Positions 8,022 to 17,013 of a DNA stretch of 26,162 nucleotides are shown here, one piece after another. A program made the translations under genes and the position numbers. The notes below the pieces were generated by a model, which saw nothing but the letters and a program-made list of their open reading frames with translations, was not told where the DNA came from and ran no database searches. Within the stretch, counting starts at the first letter, position 1, and each line of letters opens with the position of its first letter. Source of the stretch: Clostridia bacterium (GTDB lineage Bacteria; Bacillota; Clostridia; UBA1381; UMGS1253); contig JAFQPV010000080.1 of assembly GCA_017411585.1 (NCBI GenBank), forward strand, positions 1 to 26,162. Direction: 5' to 3'.

Positions 8022-9215
8022 ATGTTAAAAGGAAAATGTGTGGTTGTCGGTGTGTGCGGCGGTATTGCTGCATACAAGGTAGTGGAAGTGGTCAGCCGTT
8101 TAAAAAAGCTTGGCGCTGAGGTGCATGTAATTATGACCGAGAGCGCGCAGGAATTTGTCGGCGAGCTGACATTCCGCACGATGTCGCAAAATCCGGTTGC
8201 AACAGATATGTTCGGTACGCCGGCGCGCTGGGAAGTGGAGCACGTTTCCCTTGCGCAGAAGGCGGACCTGTTCTTAGTTGCGCCTGCAACGGCAAATACG
8301 CTTGCAAAAATGGCGTACGGCATTGCAGATAATATGCTTTTGACGACGTATTTGGCAACTCGTGCACCGGTGTTAATTGCGCCGGCAATGAATAAGAATA
8401 TGTATACCCACCCGGTAACGGTGGAGAATATGAAAAAGCTCTCGGATGGTGGCTGCAATTTTGTGCGTGCCGGTGAGGGCTTTTTGGCATGTGGTGACGT
8501 GGGCATCGGCCGTATGGCAGAGCCTGCCGAAATTGTGGATGCGGCGGTGAACTTAATCGCTTGCGAGAAGGATTTGGCGGGGAAGCGCGTGCTTGTAACC
8601 GCCGGCGCAACGCAGGAGGCGATTGACCCGGTGCGCTTTATTACCAACCACTCGTCCGGTAAAATGGGTGTTGCGATTGCACGTGCGGCGAAGCTGCGCG
8701 GTGCGGAGGTGGTATTGGTACACGGCAAAAGCAGCTTGCCGGCACCGTACGGCGTTGAAGCTGTATGTGTGGGCAGCGCGCAGGAAATGTGCGATGCGGT
8801 GCTTTCGCGCGCACCGAAGTGCGATATTATTGTGAAGGCGGCAGCTGTTGCAGACTATGCACCTGAAAGTGTCAGCACACAGACGATTAAGAAAAGTGAC
8901 GCGGATTTGTCGATCGCATTAAAGCGCAACCCGGATATCTTGGAAAGCCTCGGCAAAAACAAATTGGCAGGGCAGGTGCTTGTGGGTTTTTGTATGGAAA
9001 CGCAGGATTTGCTTGCCAATGCACAAAAGAAGCTGGAAAAGAAAAATTGTGATCTTATGGTTGCAAACAGCTTGACCGAGCCGGGTGCGGGATTTGGTTG
9101 CGATACAAATACTGTAACGATCTTAAAGAAAAACGGAGAAAAACTTACGCCGGAGAATATGAGCAAGGAAGCACTTGCGCATATTATTCTGTCGGAGGCT
9201 GTAAAGTGTAAATAA
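8022..9215 (+). CDS. coaBC: Bifunctional phosphopantothenoylcysteine decarboxylase/ligase
   Basis: GGIAAYK, HV.LA, APATAN, PAMN, LACGDVG, TAGATQE.IDPVRFITN.SSGKMG, AAVADY. Confidence 0.97.
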   Translation: MLKGKCVVVGVCGGIAAYKVVEVVSRLKKLGAEVHVIMTESAQEFVGELTFRTMSQNPVATDMFGTPARWEVEHVSLAQKADLFLVAPATANTLAKMAYGIADNMLLTTYLATRAPVLIAPAMNKNMYTHPVTVENMKKLSDGGCNFVRAGEGFLACGDVGIGRMAEPAEIVDAAVNLIACEKDLAGKRVLVTAGATQEAIDPVRFITNHSSGKMGVAIARAAKLRGAEVVLVHGKSSLPAPYGVEAVCVGSAQEMCDAVLSRAPKCDIIVKAAAVADYAPESVSTQTIKKSDADLSIALKRNPDILESLGKNKLAGQVLVGFCMETQDLLANAQKKLEKKNCDLMVANSLTEPGAGFGCDTNTVTILKKNGEKLTPENMSKEALAHIILSEAVKCK

Positions 9216-9231
9216 GCAGAGAGGTTGTAGC

Positions 9232-11673
9232 ATGGTAGCGGGAATTGTGGTTTCCAAAACGGCGAGGGAAGTCGATAAAATATTTGACTATAAAATCAGC
9301 GATGCGCTTGCAGGGCAGGTTTGCATCGGTGCGCATGTGCTGGTGCCATTTGGGAAAAACAATCTTTTAACCGAGGGCTTTGTGGTATATGTCAAAGAGG
9401 CGGCAGGCACAAAGCAGTTAAAGGAAATCCACGCTATGGCTTCGCCGAATCCGCTGTTTGATGAAAAGGGACTTGCACTTGCAGAGTACATCCGCGAAAG
9501 TACCTTGTGCACGTATATAGAGGCACTGCATCTTTTGATTCCGACCGGCGCAGGTGTGCGTCTGGAGACCTGGGTGCGTCTTGTAGGCGACGCGGATATA
9601 GCAGCATTGAAGGGCAAGCAACGCGAGGTTGCTGACCGCATTGCGGAAGAAGGCGACGAAATAGAGCTTGTGCGCCTGTTAACCTGCTTTGAAACAAATG
9701 TCCGTCCGGTTGTGACGGCGCTGGAGGAAAAAGGCATTGTAACGCTTGTGCAGGTGGAAGGCAGCACGATTAAAGAAAAAACTGTGCGCTTTGCACGGCT
9801 CTGTGTAGAGGCGGAAAACCTCTACGAAGTTGAAAATGAGCTGAAAAAACGCGCACCGGTACAGCACCGGATGCTGAATGTATTAAAATACAACGATGCT
9901 GTTGCAGTTTGCGATTTGGTTGCGATGACCGCGGCAAGCTACAACGCTGTCAATGCCTTGAAAAACAAAGGCTATATAGAATTTTTTGATAAGGTCATCC
10001 GCCGCACGGAGGCTGCTGCGGCGACAAAGGAAACGCCACCGGAGATGACAGAAGAGCAGCAAAGCGTGTATGACACAGTTTGTCAGACGTTGGATGCAAA
10101 AGAAACGAAGGAATTTTTGCTGCGCGGTGTAACTGGCAGCGGAAAAACAGAGGTGTATATGCGCCTCATTGAGCGCGTGATTGCGCGAGGGCAAGGTGCA
10201 ATTGTGCTTGTGCCGGAAATTGCGCTTACACCGCTCATGACCGGGCGGTTTACGCGCCGCTTCGGTGATGCGGTAGCCATTTTACACAGCGGCTTATCGC
10301 TCGGTGAGCGATACGATGAATGGAAGCGCATTCGCGAGGGCAAGGTGCAGGTGGTTGTCGGTGCGCGCAGCGCGATTTTTGCACCGCTTTCGAACATCGG
10401 CATCATCATTTTGGATGAAGAGCATGAAAATGCATATAAATCCGAAACCGCGCCGCGTTATCATGCGCGCGATATTGCGCGATTTCGTGCCGGTCAGCAT
10501 AATGCAGTTTGCATTTATGCTTCTGCAACACCGTTGGTGGAAAGCTACTACAAGGCGCTTAACGGACAGTATACGCTTTTGGAGATGCACAGCCGTTACA
10601 ATCAAAGCGCGATGCCGCATGTTTACATCGTTGATATGCGTGAAGAGCTGCAAAACGGCAACCGCAGTATGTTTTCTGAAATGCTGCGCCATGAGTTGGT
10701 TTATAATATAGAGCACGAAGAGCAGACGATTCTGTTTTTGAACCGCCGCGGCTTTTCGACCTTTGTATCCTGCCGTGAGTGTGGTTATGTTGCCACGTGT
10801 CCGCACTGCAATATTTCACTGACGTATCACAGATATACGGATCGATTAACCTGCCACTACTGCGGTTACACACATGAAAATTATACCAAATGCCCGGAAT
10901 GCGGCAGCAGCTACATCCGCTTTTTCGGCGCAGGTACGCAGAAGGTGGAGGAATCGCTTTTGCAGGAGTTTGAGGGCATCCGCGTGGTGCGTATGGATGT
11001 GGACACGACCTCGACCAAAGCGGCGCATCAAAAATTACTCGATCAATTTGAAAATGAGAAAGCGGATGTGCTTTTGGGTACGCAAATGGTATCAAAGGGC
11101 CTTGATTTTCATACAGTAACATTGGTTGGTGTGCTTGCGGCAGATACCGCATTGCATATCGACGATTACAGAAGCAGTGAACGCACATTTAACTTGATTA
11201 CGCAGGTGGCAGGCCGCGCCGGGCGTGGTGATGCACCGGGCCGTGCAATTGTGCAGACCTATTCGCCGGAGCACTATGCCATCGTGCATGCGAAAAATCA
11301 TGATTACAAGCATTTTTATGCAGATGAAATTGCTTTCCGCCGCGCAATGCGATATCCGCCGTTTTGCGAAATTGTCACTGTGCTTGTCAGCGGCACAAAT
11401 GAAAACCTTGTGCGCAGGCACATTCGGGATCTGGCAAAGCATTTGCATCAGCGTTGTGATGAAGGCGACTGCGGTGCGGTGCAGATTTTAGGACCGGTAC
11501 CCTCCGGCATTCCGAAAATCAAGGACAAATACCGCTATCGCATTGTTTTAAAATGCGAAAACGCCGAAAATATGAACGGCGTTCTGCGTGAACTGATTGA
11601 CCTACATTTGAAAGATGTAAATAAAAAGCTTTTAAGCTTAATTATAGATAAAAATCCCAGCTCACTAATGTAA
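9232..11673 (+). CDS. priA: Primosomal protein N' (3'-5' helicase)
   Basis: GVTGSGKT, DEEH, SATP, eight-Cys zinc region (CREC..CPHC..CHYC..CPEC), GTQMVSKGLDF, QVAGRAGR. Confidence 0.97.
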   Translation: MVAGIVVSKTAREVDKIFDYKISDALAGQVCIGAHVLVPFGKNNLLTEGFVVYVKEAAGTKQLKEIHAMASPNPLFDEKGLALAEYIRESTLCTYIEALHLLIPTGAGVRLETWVRLVGDADIAALKGKQREVADRIAEEGDEIELVRLLTCFETNVRPVVTALEEKGIVTLVQVEGSTIKEKTVRFARLCVEAENLYEVENELKKRAPVQHRMLNVLKYNDAVAVCDLVAMTAASYNAVNALKNKGYIEFFDKVIRRTEAAAATKETPPEMTEEQQSVYDTVCQTLDAKETKEFLLRGVTGSGKTEVYMRLIERVIARGQGAIVLVPEIALTPLMTGRFTRRFGDAVAILHSGLSLGERYDEWKRIREGKVQVVVGARSAIFAPLSNIGIIILDEEHENAYKSETAPRYHARDIARFRAGQHNAVCIYASATPLVESYYKALNGQYTLLEMHSRYNQSAMPHVYIVDMREELQNGNRSMFSEMLRHELVYNIEHEEQTILFLNRRGFSTFVSCRECGYVATCPHCNISLTYHRYTDRLTCHYCGYTHENYTKCPECGSSYIRFFGAGTQKVEESLLQEFEGIRVVRMDVDTTSTKAAHQKLLDQFENEKADVLLGTQMVSKGLDFHTVTLVGVLAADTALHIDDYRSSERTFNLITQVAGRAGRGDAPGRAIVQTYSPEHYAIVHAKNHDYKHFYADEIAFRRAMRYPPFCEIVTVLVSGTNENLVRRHIRDLAKHLHQRCDEGDCGAVQILGPVPSGIPKIKDKYRYRIVLKCENAENMNGVLRELIDLHLKDVNKKLLSLIIDKNPSSLM

Positions 11674-11742
11674 AAAGGGTAAATTTGGCGAATTGGTTCG
11701 TCAAAATTTAAGGATTGAGCTTGATATGAGGAGAGAAGAAAA

Positions 11743-12201
11743 ATGGCAATTCGATTGATTAGAAAAGAGCCGGACGAGGTTTTGCGTAAAACCAGCCGTG
11801 AGGTTACGGCGTTTGATGACCGTCTGGCACAGCTTTTAGACGATATGTATGACACAATGTACGATGCAGGCGGCGTTGGTCTTGCAGCGGTGCAGGTGGG
11901 CATTTTAAAGCGCGCTGTTGTTGTAGATACGCGCGAAGAGGGCGAACGTTACGAGCTTGTTAATCCGAAGCTTGTCTACAAAAAAGGTGAGCGCGAGGTT
12001 ACAGAAGGGTGCTTGAGTGTGCCGGGGGTAAGCGGTTATGTAAAGCGCCCGGAAAAAGTAATTGTACGTGCGCAGGACAGAACGGGCGAAACCTTTGAGG
12101 TGGAGGCAACCGGTCTTTTGGCGCAGGCATTCTGCCACGAGATTGAGCATTTAGACGGCGGCCTGTTTATCGACAAGGTAACAGAGTATATTGACGACTG
12201 A
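11743..12201 (+). CDS. def: Peptide deformylase
   Basis: GVGLAAVQVG, EGCLSVPG, HExxH (HEIEH). Confidence 0.96.
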   Translation: MAIRLIRKEPDEVLRKTSREVTAFDDRLAQLLDDMYDTMYDAGGVGLAAVQVGILKRAVVVDTREEGERYELVNPKLVYKKGEREVTEGCLSVPGVSGYVKRPEKVIVRAQDRTGETFEVEATGLLAQAFCHEIEHLDGGLFIDKVTEYIDD

Positions 12202-12218
12202 GAAAGGAAGCGGCGCAG

Positions 12219-13154
12219 TTGAAGATTCTTTTCATGGGAACAAGTGATTATGCGGTGGTTTGCCTCGAGGCACTTGCAAAAAGTGCACATGAGGTTGTTT
12301 CGGTGGTAAGTCAGCCGGATAAGCCGAAAAACAGAGGACATAAGCTTGCGCCGACACCGGTGCATGCGGCAGCGGATGCACTCGGACTTTTGGTGCATCA
12401 GCCGACTACGCTGAAGGATGAAGCATTTTTACCGGTGCTTGAAGCAGAACAGCCGGATTTGATTGTGGTTGTCGCTTATGGCAGAATTCTGCCGGCATAC
12501 ATTTTGGAATTCCCGAAATATGGCTGTATTAACGTGCACGGCTCGCTTTTGCCGAAATACCGCGGTGCGGCACCGATTCAGCGAGCAGTGCTGAATGGTG
12601 AAAAAATGACGGGCGTGACTACGATGTATATGGATGTCGGTCTGGACACAGGTGATATGATACTGAAAAAAGAAACGGCGATTGGCGAGGATGAAACCTC
12701 GGAAGAATTGTTTGAACGTTTGGCTGTATTGGGTGCAGAAACACTTTTAGAAACAGTAGATTTGATTGAGAAGGGCGTTGCACCACGCGAAAAGCAGGAT
12801 GATACACAGAGCACATACGCTGCAATGATTGATAAGGCGCAGGCGGAAATTGACTGGACGTGTTCTGCGGCGGAAATCAAAAATCTTGTGCGTGGTATGA
12901 ATTCGTGGCCGCTGGCTTACACATACTATAAGGGCAGTCGTATGAAAATCGGCAGCGTCAGCGTGCTTGATGGTGATTTTGCCGGCAAGCCGGGGCAGGT
13001 ATTATATGCCAATCGTACGGACGGTTTGTGTATTTGCTGCGGTAGCGGTGCCGTTTTGGCAAAGACTGTGCAGTTTGAAGGCAAGAAGATGATGGATGCA
13101 AAGAGCTATCTTTTAGGCAATTCCATCGAAGAAAACGTAATTTTAGGAGAGTGA
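12219..13154 (+). CDS. fmt: Methionyl-tRNA formyltransferase
   Basis: TTG start after SD GAAAGGAAG; FMGT, SQPDKP, VVAYG.ILP, NVHGSLLPKYRGAAP, LDTGD. Confidence 0.97.
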   Translation: MKILFMGTSDYAVVCLEALAKSAHEVVSVVSQPDKPKNRGHKLAPTPVHAAADALGLLVHQPTTLKDEAFLPVLEAEQPDLIVVVAYGRILPAYILEFPKYGCINVHGSLLPKYRGAAPIQRAVLNGEKMTGVTTMYMDVGLDTGDMILKKETAIGEDETSEELFERLAVLGAETLLETVDLIEKGVAPREKQDDTQSTYAAMIDKAQAEIDWTCSAAEIKNLVRGMNSWPLAYTYYKGSRMKIGSVSVLDGDFAGKPGQVLYANRTDGLCICCGSGAVLAKTVQFEGKKMMDAKSYLLGNSIEENVILGE

Positions 13155-13159
13155 ATGTG

Positions 13160-13846
13160 ATGTTTAGCGGGTATTACAGTTCGTATATCTACGTTTTGAT
13201 TCCGCTCGTTATTTCGATTTGGGCGAGCTCGAAGGTAAATTCTACCTTCAATCGCTATTCCAAGGTGTTTTCAGCGCGCAATTTAACGGCGGCGCAGGTG
13301 ACACGTATGATTTTGGACAATGCCGGTTTAAGACATATCGGCATTGAACGTGTAAACGGCAATCTGACAGATCACTATGATCCGAAGGGCAATGTGATTC
13401 GCTTATCGGACACGGTGTACGATTCTACCTCGGTTGCAGCGATTGGCGTTGCGGCGCACGAGGCGGGACATGCACAACAGTACAGAGACGGCTATTTGCC
13501 GATCAAGATTCGTACGCTGCTGGTACCGATTGCGAACTTAGGCTCACAAATGGCGATGCCGTTGCTTATCTTGGGCTTGGTTTTAAGCTTTGCGGGTTTG
13601 GTGGACTTTGCGATTTGGCTTTATGTTGCTGTAGTGGCATTTTCACTTGTCACCCTTCCGGTGGAGTTTAATGCATCCTCACGCGCGATTAAAACGCTTG
13701 AAGCGTACGATATTTTATCCGACGAGGAAAACAAGTCTGCAAAGAAGGTGCTCTCTGCGGCGGCGATGACTTATGTGGCATCTACGCTTGCGGCGATTGG
13801 TACGCTTTTGCGCCTGCTTGCAATTTCCGGCAGGAGACGTGACTGA
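13160..13846 (+). CDS. YugP-like membrane zinc metallopeptidase
   Basis: LTDHYDP, AAHEAGHAQQ (HExxH), VTLPVEFNASSRA, AAAMTYVA, hydrophobic segments. Start is either GTG 13151 (overlapping the fmt stop) or ATG 13160. Confidence 0.88.
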   Translation: MFSGYYSSYIYVLIPLVISIWASSKVNSTFNRYSKVFSARNLTAAQVTRMILDNAGLRHIGIERVNGNLTDHYDPKGNVIRLSDTVYDSTSVAAIGVAAHEAGHAQQYRDGYLPIKIRTLLVPIANLGSQMAMPLLILGLVLSFAGLVDFAIWLYVAVVAFSLVTLPVEFNASSRAIKTLEAYDILSDEENKSAKKVLSAAAMTYVASTLAAIGTLLRLLAISGRRRD

Positions 13847-15186
13847 TGGAACAGCGAAAATTATCGGATGCACGCTATGGTGCGTATAAAATTTTATATG
13901 CCGTATATGCAGAGAATGCGTATATCAATCTTGCGCTATCTGAGGTACTGTCCAAATTGCAGATGCGTGCGCAGGACAAGACACTTGCATCGGCAATTGC
14001 ATACGGCTGTGTAAAATATCAAATCTATTTAGATTATATTATTGAAAAGTTTTCCAGTATAAAGCTTAAAAAGCTTTCCGTCAATGTTTTGGTGCTGCTT
14101 CGAATGGGCGTGTTTCAAATTATGAAGCTTGACCGTGTGCCGGACAGCGCCGCGGTGGATGAGTGTGTCCGCCTGGCGGGCAAGCTTGCGTATAAATCCA
14201 AAGGGTTTGTCAATGGCGTACTGCGCAGTGTGGTACGCGAAAAGGAAAAGATTTGTTTGCCGGAAGCGGCAGATGCACGTTTGAGCGTGCAGTATTCTTT
14301 TCCGCTTTCCTTGGTGCAGCATTGGATTGCTATTTATGGAGAAAAGCGTGCAGAGACATTGATGGAGGCACTGTGTACAGCGCCACAGATGCATGTGCGT
14401 GTAAATACGCTGAAAGCATCTGTTGAGACTGTGCGTACATCGCTTGAAGAAGCCGGGGCTATAGTTGAAAACGGCAAATTTGATGACGCGCTTGTTTTAA
14501 GTGGTGCAGAGCTTACGGCGCTGGATGCCTATAAAAACGGTTGGATTACGGCACAGGGTGCCGGTTCAATGACGGCGGTGCGTGCTTTGGATGCAAAGCG
14601 CGGTATGACGGTGCTGGATATGTGTGCGGCGCCGGGCGGCAAGAGCGTATATATTGCACAGCGCGCAGAAAATCAATGCAAATTGCAAGCGTTTGATGTG
14701 CACGAACATAAATTAGAGCTGATTGACCAGACCGCGGCGCGTATGGGGATGATGTGTATTACTTCCAAATGTGCAGATGCATCCGTGCCGATGGAAATAC
14801 TCTGCGACAGCGCAGACCGCGTGTTGGTGGATGCGCCTTGCTCCGGTCTTGGCATTATCGGCAAAAAGCCGGATATTAAGTATGCGTGGAGCGCTGAAAA
14901 AGAAGACGCGCTTGCGCAGCTGCAGTTGAAAATTTTAAATACCTGCAAGGCGTATGTGAAACGTGGCGGTATTTTGGTATACAGCACCTGTACAATTGGT
15001 GAAAAAGAAAATTTGGGCGTTGTACGCGCCTTTTTAAAGGAAAATCCTGACTTCGTGCTTTGCGATATGGCAGATGCACTGCCAAGTGGCGTGACGAAAG
15101 ACAGCGCACGGGAAGGCTATGCTGAATTTTTTCCGGACACAGATGGCATAGATGGATTTTTTGTTTGCAAAATGATGAGGAATTGA
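13846..15186 (+). CDS. rsmB: 16S rRNA m5C967 methyltransferase
   Basis: N-terminal NusB-like domain (GFVNGVLR), DMCAAPGGKS, DAPCSGLG, YSTCT, DGFF; TGATG coupling to the upstream gene. Confidence 0.96.
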   Translation: MEQRKLSDARYGAYKILYAVYAENAYINLALSEVLSKLQMRAQDKTLASAIAYGCVKYQIYLDYIIEKFSSIKLKKLSVNVLVLLRMGVFQIMKLDRVPDSAAVDECVRLAGKLAYKSKGFVNGVLRSVVREKEKICLPEAADARLSVQYSFPLSLVQHWIAIYGEKRAETLMEALCTAPQMHVRVNTLKASVETVRTSLEEAGAIVENGKFDDALVLSGAELTALDAYKNGWITAQGAGSMTAVRALDAKRGMTVLDMCAAPGGKSVYIAQRAENQCKLQAFDVHEHKLELIDQTAARMGMMCITSKCADASVPMEILCDSADRVLVDAPCSGLGIIGKKPDIKYAWSAEKEDALAQLQLKILNTCKAYVKRGGILVYSTCTIGEKENLGVVRAFLKENPDFVLCDMADALPSGVTKDSAREGYAEFFPDTDGIDGFFVCKMMRN

Positions 15187-15187
15187 T

Positions 15188-16222
15188 ATGGAAAAGGTCG
15201 ATTTAAGAAGTCTTACATATACACAGTTGGAAGAATTGGTCATACGTGCGGGCGAGAAGAAGTTTCGTGCCTCGCAGGTGTTTTCCTGGCTACACGAAAA
15301 GGGCGTTTCTTCTATTGAGGAAATGACAAACCTATCCAAGGCTTTTCGGGAGACACTTTCACAGCTTGCCACAATTGCGCGCGTAGACATTATGGAAAAG
15401 TATGTTTCCAAAAAGGACGGCACAGTGAAATATCTGATGCGTCTTACAGACGGCGAATGTATCGAAACGGTTGTGATGCAGTACCATCATGGGTTGACGA
15501 TTTGTATTTCTTCGCAGGTAGGCTGCCGTATGGGTTGCCGTTTTTGCGCATCTACACTCGGCGGCAAAAAGCGCGATTTGCTTGCGGGGGAAATGCTCGG
15601 TCAAATTCTCAGCGCACAGGCAGATATCGGTAAGCGCATCTCCAACATTGTGATGATGGGGATCGGTGAGCCACTCGATAATTTTGACAATGTGCGCACT
15701 TTTTTGGAATTGGTAAACGATGAACGCGGCTTAAATATCGGTTATCGCCACATTTCGCTCTCGACTTGCGGTTTGGTGCACGGAATTGCGAAGCTGGCGG
15801 AGATGAATATACCGATTACGCTTTCGATTTCACTGCATGCACCGAATGATGCGATTCGAACGGGCATGATGCCGGTCAACAAGGCACACAATATTGAAAC
15901 GCTTTTAAAGGCGTGCCGCGATTATCAGCGCGTAACCGGCAGACGTATTTCATTTGAATATGCAATGTGTGACGGCGTAAATGACAGTGCAGAAAATGCA
16001 TTAGAGCTTGCAAAGCGGCTTTCGGGTATGCTTTGCCATGTGAACTTAATCCCGGTCAATAATGTTAAGGAACGTAATTACAGAAAGAGCAAGAAAGAAA
16101 CGATTGAAAAGTTTATTGAGATATTAGCGAAAAACGGCATCACGGCAACCGTGCGCCGTGAGCTTGGCAGTGACATCAGTGCTTCCTGCGGACAGCTGAG
16201 ACAGAAAACGCTGGAGGCGTGA
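15188..16222 (+). CDS. rlmN: 23S rRNA/tRNA m2A methyltransferase (radical SAM)
   Basis: CISSQVGCRMGCRFCAS (CxxxCxxC), MGIGEP, ISLHA, ASCGQL. Confidence 0.97.
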   Translation: MEKVDLRSLTYTQLEELVIRAGEKKFRASQVFSWLHEKGVSSIEEMTNLSKAFRETLSQLATIARVDIMEKYVSKKDGTVKYLMRLTDGECIETVVMQYHHGLTICISSQVGCRMGCRFCASTLGGKKRDLLAGEMLGQILSAQADIGKRISNIVMMGIGEPLDNFDNVRTFLELVNDERGLNIGYRHISLSTCGLVHGIAKLAEMNIPITLSISLHAPNDAIRTGMMPVNKAHNIETLLKACRDYQRVTGRRISFEYAMCDGVNDSAENALELAKRLSGMLCHVNLIPVNNVKERNYRKSKKETIEKFIEILAKNGITATVRRELGSDISASCGQLRQKTLEA

Positions 16223-16254
16223 GGATTTGGATTGTAATTAAGAGGTGAGTGCAA

Positions 16255-17007
16255 ATGGAATTTGTGTCCAGAACCGATGTGGGGAAAATCAGAGAAGAGA
16301 ATCAGGACAGTGCCTGTGCTTTTGTGCATAACGGATTTTTAATCGGTATTGTTGCAGATGGTATGGGCGGTCATAACGGCGGTGCACAGGCAAGCAAAAT
16401 GGCGGTAGACTGTGTGAAGGCGTATCTTTTGGAACAGCTTTGTATCGATGATGATGCGGATGCGGTTATAAAGTATTTGCATGGGGCATATGCGCAGGCG
16501 ACAGAAATGATTTTTGCGCGCGCGCAAAAAGAGACGGAGCTGCGCGGTATGGGCACAACACTTACGGTTGCACTTTTACGTGACGGCAAGGCGATTGTAT
16601 CCAATATTGGCGACAGTCGTGCCTATTTGTTTGACGGAGAGCTTAAGCAGCTTACGGTGGACCAAACGTGGGTGCAGCATTTGATTGACAGTGGAGAGAT
16701 TACACGCGAACAAGCCAAAACACATCCGCACAGACATGTGATTTTAAAGGCAGTTGGTACAGAGGCAGAAGTTGTTCCCGAGATTTATACAGCAGATGTG
16801 ACGGGGAAAACTATACTGCTTTGCTCGGACGGTTTGTCCGGCGAGGTGGAGGATGTACAGCTTAAGGAAATCTTGGGTATGCAAAAGGATTTGGCACAGA
16901 CAGCAGATATTATGATTTCTTGTGCAAATGCAGTTGGCGGCGAGGACAATATCACCGTAGTTCTGCTTTGTGAAAAAAGTAAGCGGAACTATACAGTGAA
17001 AGGGTGA
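16255..17007 (+). CDS. stp: PP2C-family Ser/Thr phosphatase (Stp/PrpC), 250 aa
   Basis: TDVG..R..NQD, ADGMGGH, MGTT, NIGDSRAY, LCSDGL, GGEDNIT. ATG 16255 lies 7 nt after SD GAGGTG. Confidence 0.95.
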   Translation: MEFVSRTDVGKIREENQDSACAFVHNGFLIGIVADGMGGHNGGAQASKMAVDCVKAYLLEQLCIDDDADAVIKYLHGAYAQATEMIFARAQKETELRGMGTTLTVALLRDGKAIVSNIGDSRAYLFDGELKQLTVDQTWVQHLIDSGEITREQAKTHPHRHVILKAVGTEAEVVPEIYTADVTGKTILLCSDGLSGEVEDVQLKEILGMQKDLAQTADIMISCANAVGGEDNITVVLLCEKSKRNYTVKG

Positions 17008-17013
17008 AAAAGC

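Noticed and set aside
11689-11700. CGAATTGGTTCG as a LexA box
   Set aside because: Two bases too short for CGAAC-N4-GTTCG; better explained as the hairpin apex.
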